The notes: generated by a model not told the origin, from the sequence alone. A DNA stretch of 64,000 nt from Chitinophagales bacterium (GCA_038326325.1 JBBQJW010000008.1:13521-77520), one strand, 5' to 3'; counted from the first letter of the stretch, positions 30,251-41,395 are shown. A program made the numbers and translations.

Positions 30251-30901
30251 CTACTGTTTGTTGTCAACCACAGCTTCTTTCTTCTTAAAAGAAAATTTGC
30301 TCTCTGTTCCCTTCAATAGCCGTTTAATATTTTCGCGGTGAGTGTAAATAATTAAAACAGGAATCAGCAACGAAAAAATATTTATCCATAGCGAATAATA
30401 CTGTAACACAAATATCACGCGGATGGCAAATGCAATGCTTGCAGCAATAGAAGAAAGGGACACATATCTGGTAAAAAAAAATACACCAAAAAAAACAGCC
30501 ATACAAACCAAAGCTGTTACAGGAAACACTGCAATCACAACCCCGAAAAGAGTAGCAACGCCCTTACCCCCCTTGAACCATAGATAGATTGGATAAATAT
30601 GGCCAAGTGCTGCAGTTAACCCGAGTGCGATTTGATACAAAGTAAATTTCTCATCCGTAATCGAAATATTTCCAAAGCTGTATGAAAGCGAAACCGCAAA
30701 CATTCCTTTTGCAATGTCGAGTAACAACACAATACTCCCCGCTCGTGTACCAAGCACACGGAAAGTATTGGTAGCACCTGCATTGCCACTTCCGAATTTG
30801 CGCACATCTTTACCGAAGAATATTTTTCCGATCAAAACAGAAAAAGGAATAGCACCCATCAGGTACGCCAATTCAAAAGCAAGAATGACTGAAAAACTCA
30901 A
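30251..30901 (-). CDS. plsY: glycerol-3-phosphate acyltransferase
   Basis: GSGNAGATN, FKGGKGVAT and HRENIKRL motifs. Confidence 0.96.
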   Translation of the reverse strand: MSFSVILAFELAYLMGAIPFSVLIGKIFFGKDVRKFGSGNAGATNTFRVLGTRAGSIVLLLDIAKGMFAVSLSYSFGNISITDEKFTLYQIALGLTAALGHIYPIYLWFKGGKGVATLFGVVIAVFPVTALVCMAVFFGVFFFTRYVSLSSIAASIAFAIRVIFVLQYYSLWINIFSLLIPVLIIYTHRENIKRLLKGTESKFSFKKKEAVVDNKQ

Positions 30902-31023
30902 ATGAAAAATTTTATCGGATTAAAATTGAAGTTCGAAAAATAATCGGAACTGAATGCAATTGCACATACTATTTTTAAAATCTTTTTTACTTTGTAAAAT
31001 AAATTCTGAAAGTATTTAACTGA

Positions 31024-31815
31024 ATGCGGTTTTTAGTGAGTCTTCTTTTTATTGGAATACTTTTTTTACAGACAGGATGTGTTACGGTTTATAAACCGAA
31101 TGCAATCAACAGTCCTGAGTTATCAGTTCGTCATCAGTTCAGAGGTTCGGCTTCAATGGGATTTGTCGGGTGCGGTTTGATAAATGCGCAAGGTGCATAT
31201 TCTATTAACCGCAAGGTGGGTGTAACAGGGGCTGTTATGTTTCATAATAAGAATACTGAATACAGCGCGCCAAGCAGTTTGGGATTAGGAAGACACAATC
31301 AGTATTATACTGAGGGCGGAGCCGGATATTTTAAAACCTTTGAACGGCGACATCGGTTTTTTACTCAATATTATGGAGGCGCAGGATTAGGATTTTCCGA
31401 TAATTATTTTTCTCAACCCGATATTGACCATGTAAAAACAAAATGTACTTATCATACTTTATATGCTCAACCCGGAATTTATTTTACTGACAGATATTAC
31501 GATGCCGCTTTTGATATGCGAATTACATACATCAATATGTTCGGTATTCATTCTTCTTCCAGATTATACAATCAGCAATCTTTTTATTTTTTAAATGCAG
31601 AACCAACTGTTACACTTCGGGTTGGTAGTGCAGGCTTCCGCGTTTTCACTCAGCTTGGATATACATTGCCATTATTAGACAAAGGAAATTATTTCGCACT
31701 TAATACTGATGAAACTAAAAAAACTCAATCACTCATTAAATTTTCAATGGGATTCAATATCACTTTTAAGGAAAACATGCGCAACAGCCAGAAGATATTG
31801 AAGTGGAAGAATTGA
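31024..31815 (+). CDS. outer membrane lipoprotein, hypothetical
   Basis: Lipobox QTGC; beta-strand rich. Confidence 0.65.
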   Translation: MRFLVSLLFIGILFLQTGCVTVYKPNAINSPELSVRHQFRGSASMGFVGCGLINAQGAYSINRKVGVTGAVMFHNKNTEYSAPSSLGLGRHNQYYTEGGAGYFKTFERRHRFFTQYYGGAGLGFSDNYFSQPDIDHVKTKCTYHTLYAQPGIYFTDRYYDAAFDMRITYINMFGIHSSSRLYNQQSFYFLNAEPTVTLRVGSAGFRVFTQLGYTLPLLDKGNYFALNTDETKKTQSLIKFSMGFNITFKENMRNSQKILKWKN

Positions 31816-31832
31816 AAAGGGTAGTGTAACAG

Positions 31833-34800
31833 TTATTTTTTATTCGGATCAAATTCTTTTTTACCAGACTCAATAAACTGCATGCGCGCTAAAAAAGTGT
31901 TCTTCTTGTTTTCACTTGCGACAGTATATTGATACACTTTACCATCATCAGTTTTTGTTCTTCTCTTCTCAGGATCAATGGCATTGAGAGCAATCATCCA
32001 GGTTCTATCGCCGCTCAAAATCTGCATGTTATTATTCTGATAGAAGAAGTAATAATATTTGTCGTCGTCACCCGGAATATACAGGTTCATGTAGTCGCCG
32101 CTTTTCTTGTAGCCGATTTCTAAATATGCGCCCTGCACAGTTCTGTTTATTGCAGTAGGACCAATGTAAGAAATTCCAATCGGACCTTTGGAATAAAACG
32201 AACGGGTTTCTTTATCCCAAACAAGATGTAAGTCGGTGAAGAAAATTGTGTATTTAAAATCTTCAGGTTTTTTAAATGTTCCGTCTTTATTCATCTGCTC
32301 GCTGAACTTCTTGTCGTTTTTCGGATTGATAAACTCAGGAATATTCTTTGTAAAATCATCGCTGAAATAATCAATATCTTCCTGACTGAAATTATTTGCG
32401 AGCACAGTTTTTCCCATTGCGAGAAGCAAATCATCTTTAATATCAAATTGAATTCCCATCAATAAATTGAATTTGTACTCGTTCTTTATCAAATCAGTAT
32501 TGATATAACCTCCCGCCTGCACATCTACCAAACCAAAGTTTAATCCCATATCCATTTTCCCTTCGGCATAAACTTTTGCAGTGGCATCATTGTATTTTAT
32601 CACATTGCCCCGCGTAGCTTCATTCAGAATTTTATCGGCATTGCCGGCAATAAATTCTTTTGTGGTTTCATCGTAGTAAACTATTCCATTCGCTAAAAAC
32701 AGATTTCTATCCTTGCTTGTTTTCTTCGCCTGAAAAAATGAAGTGTATAAATCAGACGAGTCCGCGCCGAAAACAATTCCAACTGTTGCGGGTTTGTGAT
32801 TTAGATCTTCAGGATCTTTGTAATAAATCAATGAAGAGTCAGGAGTAAATTTATTATCAATACTGAACCATTCTGCTTTCACATTCGGATTGTTTAATTG
32901 CAGTTTAGCAAACCCCTGAAAGTGTAAAGGTTCTTCTGTCGCCACAATATCTGTTACACCTCTATAATAAATTTTCGGGATGATTAGAAATTTCTGAGAA
33001 GTATCAATCACAGTTTTTGCATAAGTGTGAAGATGCTTTGTGCTGTCTTTATAAACTCCAATGTCTGTAAAGTTTATTTTCTGTTTGGTTCCGTTTTTAG
33101 AAACAAAACTGTAATCACCGCTTGCTTTATAACTCTGCTTACCAAAAATATTTGCTGTTACATTAAAGAAGCTGTGAAATTCGGTAAGTGTATCAGTTGT
33201 TATTTTTGCTTTGTTGAGTGTGCGCATTTTTGCTTCCGGCTCTACAACCACTTTGCCACTATCAGGAAAAATTTTTGCATCTATCACACTTATGTATGGA
33301 ACATCACTCACCTTCAAAATAAAATCGGTGAGCGAATAAGTTGCAGTACTGCCTGTGAAAGTCAATGAATCCTGGTCTGGGTGCACGCTGGTAAATTGAG
33401 CTTCAGTTCCGGCAGGGGCAATAAATTTTAAACTCTTTTTTGCCATGTCCCACTTGAACTCATTCATTGAAGTACGATATTGATTGTATGGCAACTCAGT
33501 TGAAATATCATCGGTGTTCGATTTAAAATCGCCAAGCTGTTTATCAAAATCAATATTTGCGTTTACATTTTTTGTACTCAATGCAAATTTTTTCGGGTCA
33601 ATGGATTTAATTACGAAATCAGAAGTGTCGGCACTCATTTTATTTTTTCCAAAACTGATGTCGCCCGATTTCAAATTTGCATCTGCCCAATCAACTGCTC
33701 CACTTCCTTTCAAACCTTTTGGTGTTAGCACAAGAGTTCCTGTCATGTTAGTTTCCTTCCCGAACATTTTAAAAGGAATTGAATCCACTTTCACTAACAT
33801 ACTATCAGCATAAGGTTTCCATAACACATTCAAATCAGTTCCTTCAACAGTCGGATAATCAACACCACCGAAAGTTGTTGCTTTCATGTCGAATGACTTT
33901 GCAACCGCGCTCAATGAATCGGGATAAAAAATTATGTTGTCGCTTTGTGTAACACTCGGCAGATAATTGATTGTTCCTTTTCCGGTAAGACCGCGATTGT
34001 CGAGCGAAATAGTATTGGTATAATTTCCTTTTCCACCATAGGCAGGAAGCGCAGTTCGTTTTGTAACAAAGCCAAGAGATAGATCTTTTTGTATTCCAAT
34101 CGACTGAATGATATCAGGAAAGATTCCTGCTGAAACTAATTTTCCTTTGAACTCAACTTGCGATGCTTGGAATTTATTCAGGCTGTCGAACACGAATGGG
34201 TCAAGCTCATAGAAAAATCTATTTTTATCATAAATATTATTTTGTGCTGATGGACGCTGATAAAACACATAAGAATTATCGGTAGAAGTTAATGCCGGAA
34301 AAGTCCAGTTTCTTTTCACCCCACTCTTATTAAACTTACTATCAATCTGCAAATTTCCAGTGAGCCGCTCAACATAACTGTGAATGGGAACAAGTACCGG
34401 CGAGCCAAATTTATCCGTCTGCCCATTTGGTAGATTAATGAGCATGGTATCAACCGAAGCAAGATTTAATTTCCACGAATCATAAATTAAACTGAATCCT
34501 TTGCCATACATATCAATTCGTCCGGCAAACATTTTTCCATCAAAATCAATGTCGCGATTTTTCTTTTCAATTAAACTATCGCTTCGTGGAAAAATCACAA
34601 CCATGTTTGAATCGCTGAGTAACACACTGTTTACTCCTTTAATATTCATGTTGTAACTGCTCAAATCAATTTGTGCATTGTTGGTTCCGTTCGGAGCAGA
34701 AATCATTTTTATATCATCATAATCCATTCGCTTCTGGTCGTTCAAAACATAGTTGAAAGTTTTCTGGCGAATGGTTACAAGCTCTTTGCCTTCATCGTAA

Positions 34801-36293
34801 TAAATAAATCCGTCTTCAACTAATTTGTAAAGTGTTCGGCGAATAGTTTCAGGAACATAAGTGGGCGAAATATATTTTGCTAATTCATCAGTATAAATTT
34901 CTTTGGTCTGATGTTCTTCAGAATATTTTTTTATTTTATTAATGATGTTGTAGTCAGCAACATTCTGAAATTTTTCTAACCTACCTTTCTCAAAATAATT
35001 TACCGATTCAAAACTTGAACCACCGGAAGCAGCTCCGGGGATTTCGCTAAGTTTAATGGTGGGTTCATCTAATCGCCAATAAATCGCATCAGCAAACATT
35101 TCGTTCTGATGATAAGAATCGAAATAAGGCGAACGCGAAATTCCATCTTTTCCTCTCTCTAAAACCAACTGCTTTGTACTCACACGATACTTAAGTGTAA
35201 GTCCTGAATGATAAATGGAATCTTTTCCTAAATAGAGTCTTACTTCAGCCTGCGGAGAATAAATGTCTTCAAATTTTTTAATCACAAATGTGTTTGCAAT
35301 TGCACGAACTCCGAGTGCGCCATCGTATCGCCTGAGTTCAAGCATTGCTTTCGAATCCTTAGTTCCACTGCAACTCAGTTTGCTTCCCTGAATTGAAATG
35401 GCTCCGCGCAATGCAGCATTGTCGGCAATATTGTCAATGAGAATATTGTTATCGTAAGAAATAAATCTTGGATAGCTGCTACTTTCAGGATTGTTGTTTG
35501 CCAGTAATTTATCCTGAAACTTACCGCGCAATTCTTTTTTCAGAAATGGAGCGTAAGTCATCAATGCTGAATCTACTGTGTATTCACTTTTATCTAAATC
35601 AATTTTAAATGCATCGAAATTTGCGTACACCATTGATGCATCTAATCCTGCGCGTGACCAATCAACCAATCCTTTTGTTCCATACCACATTTTATCAATC
35701 GGATAAAATTTTCCGGCAGTATTGTGAATAATAACTGTATCACCATTTGTAATGCCGAGTAAATCTGTAGAACTAATAATAGCCACAGGAACATTGTCAA
35801 TATAATCAAGGGTAAATTCTGTAGCAGTAATTTTCCAAGTACGACCTGGGGCAATGTTCAACGCATTCTCAGTAAAAATTGATTTGCTGAAATCAATGTA
35901 TTCCTGAAAGGCCTTGTTATTTCCTTTAGGTAAATTTTTTGTAAGCTCACGAAGTGTAACACTCCATTCATCAAAAGTGTTAGAGGTAATTTTCCCACCT
36001 GCATATGCATTTAGTGCTACTGTAAAATCGCGGAAGTAAGGAATCACCAGCATTTTGCGGGTGCGCATAAGGTTTGCAATTTCAATTACACTGTTTTGCT
36101 GACTTCCATTCAGTTTCAACCATGAAGTTTCAAAACCTTTAGCCGCATCCTGACAATCGGGTTGCTTTGTGCTTTCTAAAAGATTCATTAATTCTTTTTG
36201 AAAGTTTGAGGCTTCAAATGCTTTGTCGGATTGCGCAAGTGTTACGCCTGCGCTGAACAGCAGGAAAGTGAAAAACCAAAAAAATAATTTCAT
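31833..36293 (-). CDS. large secreted/periplasmic beta-rich hypothetical protein
   Basis: 1486-aa ORF with signal peptide; overlaps the prmA stop. Confidence 0.8.
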   Translation of the reverse strand: MKLFFWFFTFLLFSAGVTLAQSDKAFEASNFQKELMNLLESTKQPDCQDAAKGFETSWLKLNGSQQNSVIEIANLMRTRKMLVIPYFRDFTVALNAYAGGKITSNTFDEWSVTLRELTKNLPKGNNKAFQEYIDFSKSIFTENALNIAPGRTWKITATEFTLDYIDNVPVAIISSTDLLGITNGDTVIIHNTAGKFYPIDKMWYGTKGLVDWSRAGLDASMVYANFDAFKIDLDKSEYTVDSALMTYAPFLKKELRGKFQDKLLANNNPESSSYPRFISYDNNILIDNIADNAALRGAISIQGSKLSCSGTKDSKAMLELRRYDGALGVRAIANTFVIKKFEDIYSPQAEVRLYLGKDSIYHSGLTLKYRVSTKQLVLERGKDGISRSPYFDSYHQNEMFADAIYWRLDEPTIKLSEIPGAASGGSSFESVNYFEKGRLEKFQNVADYNIINKIKKYSEEHQTKEIYTDELAKYISPTYVPETIRRTLYKLVEDGFIYYDEGKELVTIRQKTFNYVLNDQKRMDYDDIKMISAPNGTNNAQIDLSSYNMNIKGVNSVLLSDSNMVVIFPRSDSLIEKKNRDIDFDGKMFAGRIDMYGKGFSLIYDSWKLNLASVDTMLINLPNGQTDKFGSPVLVPIHSYVERLTGNLQIDSKFNKSGVKRNWTFPALTSTDNSYVFYQRPSAQNNIYDKNRFFYELDPFVFDSLNKFQASQVEFKGKLVSAGIFPDIIQSIGIQKDLSLGFVTKRTALPAYGGKGNYTNTISLDNRGLTGKGTINYLPSVTQSDNIIFYPDSLSAVAKSFDMKATTFGGVDYPTVEGTDLNVLWKPYADSMLVKVDSIPFKMFGKETNMTGTLVLTPKGLKGSGAVDWADANLKSGDISFGKNKMSADTSDFVIKSIDPKKFALSTKNVNANIDFDKQLGDFKSNTDDISTELPYNQYRTSMNEFKWDMAKKSLKFIAPAGTEAQFTSVHPDQDSLTFTGSTATYSLTDFILKVSDVPYISVIDAKIFPDSGKVVVEPEAKMRTLNKAKITTDTLTEFHSFFNVTANIFGKQSYKASGDYSFVSKNGTKQKINFTDIGVYKDSTKHLHTYAKTVIDTSQKFLIIPKIYYRGVTDIVATEEPLHFQGFAKLQLNNPNVKAEWFSIDNKFTPDSSLIYYKDPEDLNHKPATVGIVFGADSSDLYTSFFQAKKTSKDRNLFLANGIVYYDETTKEFIAGNADKILNEATRGNVIKYNDATAKVYAEGKMDMGLNFGLVDVQAGGYINTDLIKNEYKFNLLMGIQFDIKDDLLLAMGKTVLANNFSQEDIDYFSDDFTKNIPEFINPKNDKKFSEQMNKDGTFKKPEDFKYTIFFTDLHLVWDKETRSFYSKGPIGISYIGPTAINRTVQGAYLEIGYKKSGDYMNLYIPGDDDKYYYFFYQNNNMQILSGDRTWMIALNAIDPEKRRTKTDDGKVYQYTVASENKKNTFLARMQFIESGKKEFDPNKK

Positions 36294-37123
36294 TAATCGT
36301 TTGTGTTTTTAAGTAACAGTGCCATCCAATTTTCTCGAAACTTTCTGTTGCTGAATTTCAAATTTAATATTTCTGCTTCCTGCATAATTACAATTTCATC
36401 TTCGGGAAGAAAGCCGCTGCAAAAAATAATTCCCAACGGTTTCAATGTTTGTTTCAGTGAAGGAAGAAATTCTGAAATCACATTGCGATTAATGTTTGCA
36501 AGAATGATGTCAAACTTATTTTCTGTTGATGGCGGTTGATTAGCAAGTTGTGGTGTGCAGTGTGTGGAATTATTACGAGAAAAATTCTCCAACATGTTTT
36601 TATAGGCCCATTCTTCATTATCAATTGATAAAATTTCTTTCGCACCAAGTTGTTCTGCCATAATCGAAAGAATTCCGGTTCTAGCACCAAAATCAAAAAC
36701 AGTTGAATCTTTAAATACATTTTTATTTTCAAGCATCAATTCAATCATCATGTGAGTGGTACCATGATGACCAGTACCAAACGACATTTTTGGTTGAATG
36801 ATTATCTCGTATGGAAATTTTTTTTCTACGCGATGAAATTCTGTTCTGATTAAAACTCCATCGTTGATTTCAATGGGAGTGATTTTGCTTTCCCATTCTT
36901 CATTCCAGTTTTTGTCAGGAACAATTTCGTGTGAAGGAAATTTTATTCCGAACGATTCTACTTGCTGTAACAGCTCATACGGAATATTTTCATTTGAAGA
37001 AATGTAAGCGGTCAAACTATTTTCTTCTTCCTGAAATCCTTCGAAATTATTTTCAGAAAGAATAGCGATTAAAATTTCCGATTCTTCTGAAGAACAAAGA
37101 AATCTGAATGAAATAAAATTCAT
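36293..37123 (-). CDS. prmA: ribosomal protein L11 methyltransferase
   Basis: NWNEEWE, PKMSFGTGHH and ILANINRN motifs; motif I reads DFGARTG. Confidence 0.9.
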   Translation of the reverse strand: MNFISFRFLCSSEESEILIAILSENNFEGFQEEENSLTAYISSNENIPYELLQQVESFGIKFPSHEIVPDKNWNEEWESKITPIEINDGVLIRTEFHRVEKKFPYEIIIQPKMSFGTGHHGTTHMMIELMLENKNVFKDSTVFDFGARTGILSIMAEQLGAKEILSIDNEEWAYKNMLENFSRNNSTHCTPQLANQPPSTENKFDIILANINRNVISEFLPSLKQTLKPLGIIFCSGFLPEDEIVIMQEAEILNLKFSNRKFRENWMALLLKNTND

Positions 37124-37128
37124 CCTTA

Positions 37129-37890
37129 TTAAAAACTATTTGCGATTGCAATAAAATCTTCTGCCTGTAATGCAGCTCCGCCAATCAATCCGCCATCCAC
37201 ATCAGGCTGAGCAAAAAGCTCTTTTGCATTTGAAGACTTACAACTTCCGCCATACAGAATTGAAATTTCATCAGCAGTTTCAAAATCATATTGATGAGAA
37301 ATTGTTTTGCGAATGAAATTGTGCATCTCCTGCGCTTGTGCCGTGGTCGCAGTTTTTCCTGTGCCGATAGCCCACACTGGTTCGTAAGCGATAACAACTT
37401 TTGAAACTGCATCTTTATCAAGATGAAATAAACTTTCACGAATTTGTTTTGCGACTAATTCGTTGTGCGTATTTGCTTCGCGAATTTCGAGTGGCTCACC
37501 GCAACAAAACATCGGAATGAGATTATGTTTTAAAACTGCATCCACTTTTTTAGCAAGTTGTTCATGTGTCTCGTTAAAATATTGCCGACGCTCAGAATGA
37601 CCAACAATTACATACGATGCACCGCAACTCTCAATCATACTGCACGAAATTTCCCCAGTAAAAGCACCTTGTTCTTCCCAATTACAATTTTGTGCACCGG
37701 TATGAATGTGTTTTAAATCTTCAGTAAGTTTTGTTGCTTTACGCAAGTGAATGAACGGAGTACAGAAAATAATTTCCGTTCCTTTTATTTTTTTCTCCTC
37801 TGCCAGACTGATACACTCTTCAATCAAATCAATTCCTTCTTTAAAAGTCTTATGCATTTTCCAGTTACCTGCAACAATTTTTTTTCTCAT
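37129..37890 (-). CDS. tpiA: triosephosphate isomerase
   Basis: AGNWKM, GHSERR and AYEPVWAIGTG motifs. Confidence 0.98.
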   Translation of the reverse strand: MRKKIVAGNWKMHKTFKEGIDLIEECISLAEEKKIKGTEIIFCTPFIHLRKATKLTEDLKHIHTGAQNCNWEEQGAFTGEISCSMIESCGASYVIVGHSERRQYFNETHEQLAKKVDAVLKHNLIPMFCCGEPLEIREANTHNELVAKQIRESLFHLDKDAVSKVVIAYEPVWAIGTGKTATTAQAQEMHNFIRKTISHQYDFETADEISILYGGSCKSSNAKELFAQPDVDGGLIGGAALQAEDFIAIANSF

Positions 37891-37896
37891 GTGCTT

Positions 37897-39084
37897 TTAA
37901 CGCTCCTTTAAATTATAAATGTGTGTGAGTATTTCAGTATCTGTAACAGTGAGATCAATTTTTCGTCGCTCCATTACCAGCTTTGCCACCTTCAATGCTT
38001 TGTTAATTTGATATTCAGTAAAACCACTTGCACCGCCCCAGCTGAATGAAGGAATTATTTGGCGAGGAAATCCATCACCGAAAATATTTGCACTCACTCC
38101 TACAACAGTTCCCGTGTTGAACATGGTGTTAATGCCACACTTGCTGTGGTCGCCCATCATTAAACCACAAAATTGCTGATTGGTATTTTCAAAACTTTGT
38201 GAAGCATAATTCCATTGCTTCACATTGCTGTAATCGTTTTTTAAATTGCTGGTGTTACTGTCAGCGCCAATGTTACACCACTCGCCAACAACTGAATTTC
38301 CTAAATAACCTTCGTGTGCTTTATTACTATAACTGAAAATAACTGAGTTAGTAATTTCTCCTCCAACTTTTGAATGAGGGCCAATAGTAGTTGCGCCATA
38401 AATTTTCCCCTGCATTTTCACTTCGCTGTTGTTGCATAAAGCAAAAGCGCCCCGAATGGTTGCGCCTTCCATCACTTCCGAATTATTTCCTAAATAAACT
38501 TTCCCGCTTGATGCGTTAATGATAGCAAATTCCATTTTCGCATTTTCTTCCATGAAAAAATTCTCAGGAGAAATAATATTATTTGTTGAAGAGGGCTTTG
38601 CTGATTTTCTTCTCGAAGTAATCAATGCAAAATCTTCATCTATAGCCCAATCGTTCCATTTAAATATCTGCCATTTCTGATTGAGAATTCTTTCACTCAG
38701 ATTCACTTCTTTTATTTTCAGATTGGGAAGTGATTCGCCATTTGAAAATTTATTGGCATCAGTTGCCTCAACTCGTGCTGCAATTATTTTTCCTTCAGAA
38801 GAAATTGCTTCACCTTTTTGCAATGAAGAAACAAGAGCAATTTCTTTTTCTCCCGGAATCAATCCTCCGCAGATAAATAAATTGTCATCTGAAATAGAAG
38901 AAGGAAATTTTTTCTGTAAATAATCGGGAGTGAGAGATGATGAAATTGTTCCTAATCTTTTCTCCCACTTTTCTCGGATGGTGATGATTCCGATTCGGAT
39001 ATCGCAAACAGGCCGCGTGAAAGTGAAGGGCAATAAATTATTCCTTCCATCGTGGTCAAACAAGATCACCGAACTGTTAATCAT
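37897..39084 (-). CDS. GlmU-family putative sugar nucleotidyltransferase
   Basis: LLPFTFTRP N-terminus and left-handed beta-helix hexapeptide C-terminus. Confidence 0.85.
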   Translation of the reverse strand: MINSSVILFDHDGRNNLLPFTFTRPVCDIRIGIITIREKWEKRLGTISSSLTPDYLQKKFPSSISDDNLFICGGLIPGEKEIALVSSLQKGEAISSEGKIIAARVEATDANKFSNGESLPNLKIKEVNLSERILNQKWQIFKWNDWAIDEDFALITSRRKSAKPSSTNNIISPENFFMEENAKMEFAIINASSGKVYLGNNSEVMEGATIRGAFALCNNSEVKMQGKIYGATTIGPHSKVGGEITNSVIFSYSNKAHEGYLGNSVVGEWCNIGADSNTSNLKNDYSNVKQWNYASQSFENTNQQFCGLMMGDHSKCGINTMFNTGTVVGVSANIFGDGFPRQIIPSFSWGGASGFTEYQINKALKVAKLVMERRKIDLTVTDTEILTHIYNLKER

Positions 39085-39303
39085 TCATCCTGAAATTTAA
39101 GTGAGCGCAAAAATAAAAAAGAGAAGGGATTGAATGGAATTAATAAACATTGACCCTTATTAAAGTTTGCAGGTAACCCAATAGGTAAACGAAATAAATC
39201 TTTACTTTTTAAAAATAAGAAGGCTGTCAAAAAATGATTTAACTAATCTTTAACATTCGACTACATGAATGAAAAAGTATATTCGCACAAATATTTACAA
39301 GTA

Positions 39304-40164
39304 ATGAAAAAAGTCTTTCTGTCAATTATCGTCATTTCACTTTTCGCTTCGTGCGGAAATAAATCAACTGAAAATTCTGCAACTGAAAAAACAGAAAAGA
39401 AAAGTATTACTCTGAAAGGTAGTGATACAGTTCTTCCACTTGCTCAGAAAGAAGCTGAAGAATTTATGAAGAAAGATTCTACCGCATCAATAACTGTTAC
39501 TGGTGGCGGAACGGGTGTTGGTTTTGCTGCGTTGATAGATAAGACAACTGATATTGCAATGGCATCGCGTGCAATTAAATTAGATGAGAAAACGAAATTG
39601 GAAACAAAGAGTGTTACAGTTAAGGAGGTGTTGATTGCAAAAGATGCGCTTGCCGTTATTGTTAATCCTTCCAATAAAATTTCTCAACTCACAAAGGAGC
39701 AACTGAAAGATATTTTCACAGGAAAAATCACAAATTGGAAACAAGTAGGTGGAGATAATTTAAAGATTGTAGTGTATGCGCGCGAAACAAGTTCAGGCAC
39801 TTACGAATTTTTTAAAGAGCATGTAATGGATAAAACCAATTACGATAAATCAGTTTTAAACTTGCCTGCAACCGGAGCAATCGTACAGAGTGTGAGTCAG
39901 ACAAAAGGTGCTATCGGTTATATTGGACTTGCTTACCTGAACGCTGATGTAAAAGATATTGCAGTGAGTTATGATAATGGAAAAACTTTTATAAATGCAA
40001 ATACAGAAAACGCAATAAATGGAACTTACCCTATTACCCGTCCGCTGTTTTATTATTTTGATGAAACATTGGATTCAAAAGTGAAATCGTTTATTGATTT
40101 TGCTTTGTCGGCAGAAGGGCAAAAAATTGTTAGCGATGTCGGTTATGTTCCAGTGAGTAAATAA
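39304..40164 (+). CDS. pstS: phosphate ABC transporter substrate-binding lipoprotein
   Basis: Lipobox FASC; KGSDT, GGGTGVG, SSGTYEFF and YPITRPL motifs. Confidence 0.9.
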   Translation: MKKVFLSIIVISLFASCGNKSTENSATEKTEKKSITLKGSDTVLPLAQKEAEEFMKKDSTASITVTGGGTGVGFAALIDKTTDIAMASRAIKLDEKTKLETKSVTVKEVLIAKDALAVIVNPSNKISQLTKEQLKDIFTGKITNWKQVGGDNLKIVVYARETSSGTYEFFKEHVMDKTNYDKSVLNLPATGAIVQSVSQTKGAIGYIGLAYLNADVKDIAVSYDNGKTFINANTENAINGTYPITRPLFYYFDETLDSKVKSFIDFALSAEGQKIVSDVGYVPVSK

Positions 40165-40236
40165 TTGAATTTAAAATTCAGTTTATAGCTCTCATTCACA
40201 TTTTTTAGTTGGAAAAAAAATATTTGGCTAATTGTT

Positions 40237-41172
40237 GTGAAAGTAATTTTGAAAAAAAAGAAATTGGAGATAAAGAAATTCGCAGCGATAGATATTGGTT
40301 CTAATTCTGTTCGCTTACTTATTTCCAATGTTCTTCTCAATGGCGAAGGTCCATTTTTTAAACGCAGTTCTCTTATACGAGTTCCTGTTCGTTTGGGAAG
40401 TAATGCATTTACAAATCATAAAATTCCTGAAGTTACGATTCAGCATTTAGAAGAAACAATGCTTGCATTCAAACACCTGATGAGTGCGAACGATGTTATT
40501 CATTATAAAGGTTGCGCAACATCAGCGCTGCGCGAAGCGAACAATGGCAAATTGGTTGTTAATCGTATAAAGAGGAAAACTGGATTGCTGATTGAAATTA
40601 TTCCAGGTTCATTGGAGGCGCATTTAATTTTCAATAGTCAGAGTGCGTGGGTGGAGAGGATGCAAAGCAATTGTGTGTTTGTGGATGTGGGGGGAGGAAG
40701 TACTGAGATTACTTTATTTTCAAAGGGAAAAGCTATTGCGGTAAAGTCATTCAACATTGGCACACTACGCATTTTACAAAATCAGGTGAGAAGGGAGTCG
40801 TGGAAAAAAATGAAAGAGTGGGTAAAGGAGAAAGCAGGTGATTTGAAAAATTTTAAAATCATTGGTTCAGGAGGAAACATAAACAGTTTTGCGAAAATCA
40901 GTGGATTGAAACCTGGCAGAGCATTGTCGTTTGTTAAACTGAATGAGATGGTCGAAAATTTAACTGTACTGAACATTGATGAACGAATGAAACAATACGA
41001 CCTTAATCCCGACCGAGCAGATGTTATAGTTCCCGCTGGAGAAATTTTTATTCGCATTATGAAATGGGTCGAAGTCGCAGAAATTTTTATTCCCAAAATT
41101 GGTTTGGACGATGGTATAGTTCGTGAAGTTTATAAAGAATATTTAAACGGAAAGAAGAGTAGTTTTAAATAA
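40237..41172 (+). CDS. ppx: exopolyphosphatase Ppx/GppA family
   Basis: AAIDIGSNSVR, ATSALREA, DVGGGSTE and RADVI motifs. Confidence 0.9.
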   Translation: MKVILKKKKLEIKKFAAIDIGSNSVRLLISNVLLNGEGPFFKRSSLIRVPVRLGSNAFTNHKIPEVTIQHLEETMLAFKHLMSANDVIHYKGCATSALREANNGKLVVNRIKRKTGLLIEIIPGSLEAHLIFNSQSAWVERMQSNCVFVDVGGGSTEITLFSKGKAIAVKSFNIGTLRILQNQVRRESWKKMKEWVKEKAGDLKNFKIIGSGGNINSFAKISGLKPGRALSFVKLNEMVENLTVLNIDERMKQYDLNPDRADVIVPAGEIFIRIMKWVEVAEIFIPKIGLDDGIVREVYKEYLNGKKSSFK

Positions 41173-41395
41173 TATTATCAATAATTTTATTTGAAAGAAT
41201 CGTACTTATATTCCCTGATATGCGAGTAATGATACACAAGTCAGCTGAAAAATATTTCCTGGAAAAGAAAAACAATAAAATTTTTCATTGTTATTTCAAT
41301 CTGTCAGTGACATTGGAAAGTTATCTTATCTAATATGTATTGATTATAGTAAAATGATTGAAGAATTAATCTTAAAATAATATTTTTTTAATTTA

